DNA of 64,000 nucleotides from assembly GCA_033762295.1 (NCBI GenBank), contig JANRLW010000069.1, positions 120,110 to 184,109 of the forward strand, written 5' to 3'. Shown here one piece after another: positions 29,497 to 37,104 of this stretch. The notes below the pieces were generated by a model. That model made no database searches. It saw nothing but the letters and a program-made list of their open reading frames with translations, and was not told the origin of the DNA. Made by a program: the position numbers and the translations under genes. The first letter of the stretch is position 1. Each line of letters starts with the position of its first letter. The stretch comes from Capsulimonadales bacterium (lineage in GTDB: Bacteria; Armatimonadota; Armatimonadia; Armatimonadales; Armatimonadaceae).

Positions 29497-30792
29497 GTGA
29501 CGGACGAAACGGTATCGGTCGGGCCGACCCGGCGGCAGCAGTGGGCGCTCTCCATCGCCATGTTCCTCATCACCGGCGCGTTCGGTTTCCTCCAGACGTT
29601 TACCTCGCTCTATCTTTCGGCGGCGGGATTGCAACTGAAAGAGATCGGTTTGGTGACCGCGCTGGGAACCGCGGTCGCCATCTTCCTGCAGCCGGTTCTG
29701 GGACGTCTCTCCGACCGCTGGGACACACGCCGTCCGTTCATGGTGCTGGCCGCACTCGGATCGGCCGGCGCGTACCTGCTCTTTCGGAAGGCGGCGGGTT
29801 TCGAGCAGTTCGTTCTTCTGACCGCCCTGGGGGTGAACGGTTCGCAGTATCTCAACACGGTCGGCGGAGTGCTGGTCGGGCGAATGGTGCGAGCGACCGG
29901 GGGAGGAACCGCCTACGTACGGTATCGGCTCTGGGGATCGGTCGGCTACATCGTGGTCGCCCTGACGACCGGCGGTATCGTCAAGGCGTATCTGCCGGAG
30001 AACGCCACGCTGAATCGGGCGGACCTCGATCCTCTGTTCACCTACGCGCCTCTGCTTTTCCTTGCCATCGCCGTCGCCTCCCTGTTTGTTCCCGATGTGA
30101 AAAACCCGCCGCCGACCGATCGGGATACCGCGCCGGAAGCGATCGAGCCACCGCGAACCCCGCAGGAGCAGGCGAATCTCCGGTGGTTTCTGACCGCGTT
30201 TTTCCTCTATCAGTTCTCGCTCTACGGGGCGTCGGCGTACCTGCCCTTGTTCATGAAGTCCCTCGGCGCGAGTCCGCTGCATATCACGGCGATGTACGCG
30301 GGCGGCGTCCTCATCGAGGTGGCCGTGATGTCGCAGGTGGGGCGATGGGTGGACACCTACGGGCGCTGGCCGGCGCTGGCCGCTTCGTTCCTGCTGCTGC
30401 CGGTTCGTCTGCTGCTCTATGTCCCGGCGAATTCACCGCTCCACGTCATGGCGGTGCAGACTCTTCACGGTTTCAACTTCGGCATTATCGGGACGATCGC
30501 GATCGTCTTCGTCAACGATCTCGCCCGCAACCATGAGCGGGGAACGATCCAGTCGCGACTGGCCGTGACTCAGGGGATCGGTGTCGCTCTCGGTCCGGTC
30601 GTCTGCGGATTTCTGTCCGATCGCTTCGGCATACCGACCATGTTCGCGGTCATGGCCGGTGGCGCCCTTCTGACCGCCGCCGTTTTTTGGACCCGTGTCC
30701 GCGAGACCCATCCCTCGCCGAAACCGTTACCGGCCGGATGGCGGTTCCTGCAGGGCGCTCCCATGCGGCCTTCCGGGGACGGCAGCGGCTAA
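29497..30792 (+). CDS. MFS transporter (MFS_1-like / PPP family)
   Basis: About 12 TM helices; GRLSDRWD; YRLWGSVGY. Confidence 0.88.
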   Translation: MTDETVSVGPTRRQQWALSIAMFLITGAFGFLQTFTSLYLSAAGLQLKEIGLVTALGTAVAIFLQPVLGRLSDRWDTRRPFMVLAALGSAGAYLLFRKAAGFEQFVLLTALGVNGSQYLNTVGGVLVGRMVRATGGGTAYVRYRLWGSVGYIVVALTTGGIVKAYLPENATLNRADLDPLFTYAPLLFLAIAVASLFVPDVKNPPPTDRDTAPEAIEPPRTPQEQANLRWFLTAFFLYQFSLYGASAYLPLFMKSLGASPLHITAMYAGGVLIEVAVMSQVGRWVDTYGRWPALAASFLLLPVRLLLYVPANSPLHVMAVQTLHGFNFGIIGTIAIVFVNDLARNHERGTIQSRLAVTQGIGVALGPVVCGFLSDRFGIPTMFAVMAGGALLTAAVFWTRVRETHPSPKPLPAGWRFLQGAPMRPSGDGSG

Positions 30793-31859
30793 CGCCGGTA
30801 AGCGCGCCGCATCAGCAGACCGATCAGAAGCAGTCCGGCGTTTACCGTAATCAGCAGCGGGAGCCACGTCTGACGGAAAGCATTGGCCGAGAGAAGCTGT
30901 TCGAGCCGCCGGGCGTTGCCTTTATCGCCCAGGGCGGTAAGGTCCGCCGCGAGGAGCTTGATCTGTTGCCGAACCACCTCCCGGCGAACCGCGTCGTTCC
31001 GAACGGTCGGCCAGGTTTCCGCCGCGACCTGTCCCGCCGTCTGCGTCGTCAGCAACGCGCCGTTGGAATCGCCCAGTTTCCCCTGGATCTCGGCGAGTTC
31101 CCGGTAGAGGACGATGTCGCGGGTCGGTTCGAGTGCCCGCATCGCTTCGCCCAGGGTGGCGAACGCCCCCGGAGAATCGACCGGTACGGACCGCTCCAGT
31201 GGCCGACAGTCCAGTCGCGGCGCGAGCGGCGTTCCCTGAAGCGAGACCACATTCACCGTGGATACCTGGCTTCCCGTCCCTGACCGGGCCGTCCATTTCT
31301 CCGGAGGAGCGTTGACGACGGGCGGAAGTATATACGGAACGGTGAGGTAACGACCGGCCTGCGCCAGGCCGATCAGGCAGAGCGCGTGAAACCGGTCCGA
31401 CGGGTCCGTCAGTCCGTTCGCCTGCGCTCGGGCGTCGTCCGCCGCGCCCAGCCGAACCAGCGCTTCGAAAAGCCAGAAGGGCACTCCCTGCGCCCTCGCC
31501 TCCGATTCGGTCAGCGCGGCGGGAAGGGTCGAACGCGAATCGTCGAAGAGCGTGGGCAGCGCCGGCAGGTCGAAACGTGCCTGTCCCGCCCGGATGGCCC
31601 CGGTGACGGCCACCGCCGCGCCGGCGACATCGCCTCCTTCGGCTTTTCGAACCGCGGCTTCCATCTCCCGGCGGAAGTTGAGGAGTTCGGGACGGGTGAG
31701 CCTCGGTGCGTCCGCCGTCGTAGGCGGCGTTTGTGCGGCGACACCGGTCGTCAGAAAGAAAAGGGCAAGGGGCAGGACCATGCCGACAACACGCCACCGA
31801 GCGCCGATGGACCGCCGGAAAAAGGAGAACCGCATAATCTCGTTTGTACCTCGTTTCAT
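30789..31859 (-). CDS. Hypothetical exported helical-repeat protein with C-terminal membrane anchor (start 31859 or 31835)
   Basis: Signal peptide ending VAA-Q; C-terminal TM followed by RRAYRR. Confidence 0.65.
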   Translation of the reverse strand: MKRGTNEIMRFSFFRRSIGARWRVVGMVLPLALFFLTTGVAAQTPPTTADAPRLTRPELLNFRREMEAAVRKAEGGDVAGAAVAVTGAIRAGQARFDLPALPTLFDDSRSTLPAALTESEARAQGVPFWLFEALVRLGAADDARAQANGLTDPSDRFHALCLIGLAQAGRYLTVPYILPPVVNAPPEKWTARSGTGSQVSTVNVVSLQGTPLAPRLDCRPLERSVPVDSPGAFATLGEAMRALEPTRDIVLYRELAEIQGKLGDSNGALLTTQTAGQVAAETWPTVRNDAVRREVVRQQIKLLAADLTALGDKGNARRLEQLLSANAFRQTWLPLLITVNAGLLLIGLLMRRAYRR

Positions 31860-33140
31860 AAAAATAAGGCGTGGAGACCCTCGGCTTTAGCCGTGGGAGG
31901 AAACGCCCGTCTCCTTTCCGAAGGAGACTGAAGGCGCGAAGTGCCGTTCTGTGCCTCCATTCTTGAAGAATTGTGGTATAATTGACTTGTGAAACTGGTT
32001 GCACAAGTCAAATTGATGATTACGCCCGAACAGTCGGACGCTCTTCTGCGAACGATGCGGATTGCCAACGCCGCCTGTGACTACATCAGTGACCATGCGT
32101 GGAAAACAAAAACCTTCCAGCAGTTCTCCCTCCACAAAGCCACCTATCACGCCGTTCGTGAGACATTCCCCCTCACCGCTCAGATGGTCGTTCGCTGTAA
32201 TGCCAAAGTTGCCGATGCCTATAAACTCGACAAGACGACGAAGCGGACCTTCAAGCCACTGGGTTCTATTGCCTACGACGACCGCATTCTGTCGTGGAAG
32301 GTCGAGAACTCTACGGTCTCTATCCGGACAGTGGACGGTAGAATCTCTGTCCCGTTTGTCTGTGGCGACTACCAGAAAGAAATGCTTCGTACACGGCAAG
32401 GAGAAACCGACCTCGCTTACATTGACGGGCAGTTCTACCTGTTGGCGGTCTGTAACGTGGAAGAACCACCGCTCAAAGAAACGAAGGGTTTTCTCGGCAT
32501 TGATTTGGGCATCGTTCACATTGCCACTGATAGCGAAGGACGGCAATACAGCGGCGAGGCAATTCGCAACCTGCGTCAGCGTGTCCGAAAGCATCGCTCC
32601 GGACTTCAGCATCAGGCAAAGAAACGTCACTCTAGTTCCGCCTATCGCCGATTGAAAGCGAAGGCTCGGAAGGTCTCTAGGTTCGGCAAGTGGTTGAACC
32701 ACAATATCAGTAAGCAGATTGTTCAAAATGCGGTTTCCTCTTTAAAGGCACTTGTTCTGGAAAACCTTTCTGGTATCCCTGAACGAGCAAACGGCTTCAA
32801 CAAAGAGATGAGATGGCAACTTGGCAACTGGTCTTTCTATCAACTGGCTCAAATGGTCGTTTACAAGGCGAAGAAGGCAGGTATTCCTGTTGTTTTCGTT
32901 GACCCGCGCAACACCTCTCGCACTTGTAACCGGTGCGGATACTGCGACAAAGCCAATAGAAAGTCTCAAAGCCAATTTGTTTGCCTCCAATGCGGTTGCT
33001 GTATGAATGCGGATTTGAATGCCGCCCTAAATATAGCAACACGGGGCAATGTAACTTGCCCTATGGTAGCCACGCCTTACGTAGTCGCGTAAGTCAACGT
33101 GAGTTATAAAGCCCCCGACTTTAGGCGGGGGAACAGTTAC
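31860..33140 (+). mobile_element. IS200/IS605-family element, tnpB only (IS1341-like)
   Basis: Left hairpin CCCTCGGC-TTTA-GCCGTGGG (31878-31897); right hairpin CCCCCGAC-TTTA-GGCGGGGG; ends in TTAC; preceded by TCAT; lower GC than the flanks. Confidence 0.88.
31989..33092 (+). CDS. tnpB: RNA-guided endonuclease TnpB
   Basis: RuvC-I GIDLG, RuvC-II LENL, zinc finger CNRC/CLQC, RuvC-III NADLNAALNI. Confidence 0.93.
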   Translation: MKLVAQVKLMITPEQSDALLRTMRIANAACDYISDHAWKTKTFQQFSLHKATYHAVRETFPLTAQMVVRCNAKVADAYKLDKTTKRTFKPLGSIAYDDRILSWKVENSTVSIRTVDGRISVPFVCGDYQKEMLRTRQGETDLAYIDGQFYLLAVCNVEEPPLKETKGFLGIDLGIVHIATDSEGRQYSGEAIRNLRQRVRKHRSGLQHQAKKRHSSSAYRRLKAKARKVSRFGKWLNHNISKQIVQNAVSSLKALVLENLSGIPERANGFNKEMRWQLGNWSFYQLAQMVVYKAKKAGIPVVFVDPRNTSRTCNRCGYCDKANRKSQSQFVCLQCGCCMNADLNAALNIATRGNVTCPMVATPYVVA

Positions 33141-33160
33141 GATACCGCTCCGGAACGGTT
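33044..33160 (+). ncRNA. Putative TnpB omegaRNA scaffold plus 3' flank-derived guide
   Basis: Hairpin GGGCAA-TGTAAC-TTGCCC; its GTAACT (33051-33056) is complementary to the terminal AGTTAC (33135-33140), giving a pseudoknot; right-end hairpin included. 5' boundary uncertain. Confidence 0.65.
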
Positions 33161-33339
33161 CCCGTTGCCCGCGACGACCATGGACTCCGGTGAAACGCGC
33201 TCTTGATTTAAACCTGCCTTAATGTGGCGGCCCCATTCTTTTTGTACAATCTCCGGGAGTATGCTTCATTCGGTCGATCCGTCCCCGGATCGTCCGCGAA
33301 TCGGGTAGCTCAGCCGTTGTCGCTTCAAGGAGGATTGCC

Positions 33340-34446
33340 ATGAACCTTCGTGTCGTTTCCGTCGCCGTCCTCGGACTTGCCGGTGTCCTGCCGCTGTCCG
33401 GCGTCTCTCACGCTCAGACTCCCTTCCTGCCCGACCCTGCCATCGTCTACCGGTACGCTCCGTCGGTCCGCCTGCACTCGTACGACAACCACCGTCCGGC
33501 CGCCATCGAAGCCTTCCTGAACTCGTGCGTCCTGAAAGCCGCCAATGGCGCCCAATTGAAGGATGCGCCGACCGTCCTCGATCTTGGCCTGTACAATGCG
33601 TCGGGCAACTACCTGTCACCGAAGTGGCCGATCCCGGCCGCGCCGAACGACTACGTCACCGGGGACGCGCCCGTGTCCGTCTCCGGCAGCACCGCGTACT
33701 GGAACAGTCCGTTCTACGTCCGCTGCTACGACTTTCCCGCCCACGTTGATTTCAAGTATGCTTTCTTCTACCCGTTCAACGGCTTCCAGACCTTCCGGGC
33801 CGACATCCTCACCGGCTTCTTTCGCCGGACCGACCGGAACTTCATCTGGGGCAATTTCGCCCGGCACGTCGGCGACTGGGAGCATGTCACGGTGCGCCTC
33901 AACAAGAGCATGACCCAGGTTCTGGGCGTCTGGTACTCGCAGCATGGCGACAGCCAGTATGTCACGAATCCTTCGTTCTCGGGGACGCACCCGATCGTCT
34001 ACTCCGCCCTCGACAGCCACGCCAATTACGCCGGCCGCGGGTGGTTCCGGCTCGCGGAAGTGCTGCCACCCCCGGGTATCCTGCCGGTGACCCGACTCCA
34101 GGCGGTGGACACCACCGAAACCGGGACGCACTCGGTATACCGGACGCCGAATCCGCTGTATTCGACGCTTCTCTGGGAACCGTACAACTACGGCAATATC
34201 ATCCTGGTCGATTCGAATCCGTCGGTCAGCCTCGCCATGAACTTCCTCGGGAAGTGGGGACCGCTCATGGATAACACCAACATTCAAAGGCCGCCGACGC
34301 TGCCGAGCAACGCCCAGAACACTCTGTATAACGGAGCGGTGATCGCCAATGTCTTCGGGCTGCTGCCTGCGGAGTATCTGGAGAACAACGGTCCGGATTC
34401 GCCCGGAAACCAGGGCAACGGATGGTGGCTGAGCGACGAACCGTAA
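33340..34446 (+). CDS. Secreted Vps62-like protein
   Basis: Signal peptide; YAFFYPFNG, HVGDWEHVTVRL, YSQHG, HPIVYSALDSHANY, FLGKWG; SD GGAGG. Confidence 0.75.
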   Translation: MNLRVVSVAVLGLAGVLPLSGVSHAQTPFLPDPAIVYRYAPSVRLHSYDNHRPAAIEAFLNSCVLKAANGAQLKDAPTVLDLGLYNASGNYLSPKWPIPAAPNDYVTGDAPVSVSGSTAYWNSPFYVRCYDFPAHVDFKYAFFYPFNGFQTFRADILTGFFRRTDRNFIWGNFARHVGDWEHVTVRLNKSMTQVLGVWYSQHGDSQYVTNPSFSGTHPIVYSALDSHANYAGRGWFRLAEVLPPPGILPVTRLQAVDTTETGTHSVYRTPNPLYSTLLWEPYNYGNIILVDSNPSVSLAMNFLGKWGPLMDNTNIQRPPTLPSNAQNTLYNGAVIANVFGLLPAEYLENNGPDSPGNQGNGWWLSDEP

Positions 34447-34563
34447 GCCGTTCGCCGGACCGGTTCGACGGGCGCGGAGGCCGATCCGCGCCCGTTTTCG
34501 TTCCGTCCGGTTTTCCGCTACAATAAGGATGACAAACCAGGAACGAGGTTGCCGCCGCCCCTG

Positions 34564-35352
34564 ATGCCCGACCACCGACCGAGAATTGCCGTTACGCCCC
34601 ACCGTTACCGACTCGATGGCGACATGTGTCTCCACCCCGGCTACACCGATTCGGTATTTCGCGCCGGGGGCTGGCCGATCGTTCTGCCCCTGATCCCCGA
34701 CGCCAACGCCTACGCCGAAGTGCTCGACCTGTTCGACGGCTTTCTGCTCACCGGATCGGAAGCGGACGTTTTTCCGGAACGCTACGGCAAAACGCCGCCC
34801 GACAACAACTATTCCGACCCGGAGCGGGACACACAGGACATCGTTCTGCTCGATCACGCCAAAGTGACCGGGAAGCCCGTCTTCGGGGTCTGCCGGGGCT
34901 GCCAGATGATGAACGTCCACCGCGGCGGGACGCTCGCGCTTCACTACTCCGAACTGGCGGAGACGTCGATCGAACATGCCGGTAAGGAGTTTACCGGTCC
35001 GCCCGCACATACGGTCACGCTCGTCCGGGGGACGATGACCGGCGACCTGGTTCCGTTATCCGTGGTGCCCGTCAACTCGGTCCACCGGCAGGTCTGTGAA
35101 ACGATCGGGAACGACCTCCGGGTGACCGCCCGATCCGAGGACGGCCTGATCGAAGGGATCGAGGATGTCCGGCATCCCGAACGATACTTCGCCGTCCAGT
35201 GGCATCCGGAACAGTGGGGCGACCGCCCGGACGGACTGGCCAACGCGCTTTTCGGCGTCCTGGTCCGGGAAGCCGCACGGTACCGCGACGGGCGAGAGGG
35301 ACCGACCCGGAAAACCGGCGGGGCCGAATCGATCTCGCGTTCGTCGGCTTGA
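34564..35352 (+). CDS. Gamma-glutamyl-gamma-aminobutyrate hydrolase family (peptidase C26)
   Basis: GVCRGCQMMNV, VNSVHRQ, AVQWHPE; start may be TTG 34549. Confidence 0.88.
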   Translation: MPDHRPRIAVTPHRYRLDGDMCLHPGYTDSVFRAGGWPIVLPLIPDANAYAEVLDLFDGFLLTGSEADVFPERYGKTPPDNNYSDPERDTQDIVLLDHAKVTGKPVFGVCRGCQMMNVHRGGTLALHYSELAETSIEHAGKEFTGPPAHTVTLVRGTMTGDLVPLSVVPVNSVHRQVCETIGNDLRVTARSEDGLIEGIEDVRHPERYFAVQWHPEQWGDRPDGLANALFGVLVREAARYRDGREGPTRKTGGAESISRSSA

Positions 35353-35377
35353 CAGAAACCGGTCGGGTTTCCATAAT
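35349..35377 (+). promoter_or_regulatory. Sigma70-type promoter, leaderless configuration
   Basis: TTGACA-N17-CATAAT-N6-GTG(35384). Confidence 0.65.
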
Positions 35378-35383
35378 GGGGGA

Positions 35384-36379
35384 GTGACGATCAGCGTTCT
35401 TGTGCCCACCTACCGCCGTCCGAACGACCTTCGCCTGGTTCTGGACACCCTGAAAAGGCAGGACCGATTTCCCGATCAGGTCATCGTTACCGTTCGTGAT
35501 ACCGATACCGAGACGCAGGCGTTCTTCCGGGGATATGACGCCGACCCGTTGCCGTTGACCGTCACCGAGGTCCGTGAGCCGGGAGTGGTCGCCGCCATGA
35601 ACGCCGGTCTGGCGGTCGTTACGGGCGATATTACGGTTCTGACCGACGATGATACCGAACCGTTTCCCGACTGGTTGAAGCGGATCGAAGCGCATTTCGT
35701 GGCCGATCCGACCGTCGGCGGCGTCGGCGGACGCGACCATCAGAAGATTCACCCGGGGCCGGAAACCGAGGATGTCGGCCGCCTCTCCTGGTTCGGACGA
35801 CTGACCGGAAACCATCATGTCGGGATCGGGCCGCCACGTGAGGTCGATACCCTCAAAGGGGCCAATTGCGCATACCGGACCGTGCCTCTGCGGGCGATCG
35901 GATTCGATACCCGCCTTCTCGGCAGCGGCGCGCAGGTGAACTGGGAACTCGGACTCGGTCTCGCGCTGCGCCGGGCCGGCTGGAAACTCATCTACGATCC
36001 GCAGGTCGCCGTCCACCATCATATCGCGCAGCGGTTCGGCGACGACCAGACCCATCGCGGAATTTTCCAAGCCCGCCCGTACCAGGAAGCCGTGCACAAT
36101 GAAACCCTGTTTCTCTGGTACTACCTGTCCCCGCCACAGCGGATGGCCTTCACCGTATGGTCCGTGCTGGTCGGAACCCGGGGTGTGCCGGGAGTCGTTC
36201 AACTGATCCGCTTCCCGAAAAATCCGGAGATCCGTCAGCGATTCCTGGCATCGTTCGGCGGCCGACTGTCCGGGGTTCGCGCCGCGCGGACGACCCGACC
36301 GCCGGGTTCGCCTCCGCCCCGTCCCGACGAGATGCAAAACGCTTCGCGAAGCGATACGATGACCGTGAGGACGCCATGA
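35384..36379 (+). CDS. Glycosyltransferase family 2
   Basis: ISVLVPTYRR, LTDDD, KGANCAYR. Confidence 0.9.
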   Translation: MTISVLVPTYRRPNDLRLVLDTLKRQDRFPDQVIVTVRDTDTETQAFFRGYDADPLPLTVTEVREPGVVAAMNAGLAVVTGDITVLTDDDTEPFPDWLKRIEAHFVADPTVGGVGGRDHQKIHPGPETEDVGRLSWFGRLTGNHHVGIGPPREVDTLKGANCAYRTVPLRAIGFDTRLLGSGAQVNWELGLGLALRRAGWKLIYDPQVAVHHHIAQRFGDDQTHRGIFQARPYQEAVHNETLFLWYYLSPPQRMAFTVWSVLVGTRGVPGVVQLIRFPKNPEIRQRFLASFGGRLSGVRAARTTRPPGSPPPRPDEMQNASRSDTMTVRTP

Positions 36380-37068
36380 CGATCACCTGGTACGGCCACG
36401 CGGCCTTTCTGCTGGAAGGACGGAACGCGGACGGAAAAACCGTTCGAATCGGACTCGACCCCTATCAGGCTCCGCTCGCCGGAACCTATGCCCCGATCGA
36501 CGACCTCGCCGATGTCGTCGCCGTCTCCCATGAAAACGCGAAATACCATTCGTTCACCGGGACCTTCCGGAACGCCGAAGGCGACCCGTCGCCGGTCGTC
36601 GACGGCCTGTCCCTGCTCGGACGGCAACAGCCGGAGACGGTTGCCGGCGTGCCGCTGACCGCCGTCCGCGTCTGGGAGAACGACCGGCGCGAGGAACCGA
36701 TCGCCATGATCGGGCTGATGCTGGAAAGCGTCCGGGTTCTGCACATGGGCGATTGCGGTCATGCCCTCTCTCCGGAGGAAGTGGCCGCCTGCGGACCGGT
36801 GGACGTTCTGCTGGCGCTGGCCGGTGGCCCGCCGACCCTGACACTGACCGATCTCGTCGGCTTCGTTCGCGATCTTCGTCCTCGGGTCGTCGTGCCGATG
36901 CACTTCGGCAACGACAAAATCAATCTCCGATTGCAACCGCTTTCCGACTTCCTGGCGCGGGTACCGCCGGAATGGCCGGTGCGGTCGTTCGAAACGTCCG
37001 CCGTGACGGTGACCCCGGAAACGCTCCCGGAATCCACCGAGGTGTGGGTTCTCCCTCCGGCCCGTTGA
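36376..37068 (+). CDS. MBL-fold metallo-hydrolase (Lactamase_B_3-like)
   Basis: ITWYGHAAF, LDPY, HMGDCGH, VVPMHF; HxHxDH motif degenerate (SHENAKYH). Confidence 0.82.
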   Translation: MTITWYGHAAFLLEGRNADGKTVRIGLDPYQAPLAGTYAPIDDLADVVAVSHENAKYHSFTGTFRNAEGDPSPVVDGLSLLGRQQPETVAGVPLTAVRVWENDRREEPIAMIGLMLESVRVLHMGDCGHALSPEEVAACGPVDVLLALAGGPPTLTLTDLVGFVRDLRPRVVVPMHFGNDKINLRLQPLSDFLARVPPEWPVRSFETSAVTVTPETLPESTEVWVLPPAR

Positions 37069-37104
37069 GCGCACGGACCCATCGGACAGAAAACGAGGCA
37101 TACC

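Noticed and set aside
31989..33092. TnpB as a Cas12f or a domesticated nuclease-dead regulator
   Set aside because: No CRISPR array; both IS ends and all three RuvC acidic residues are present.
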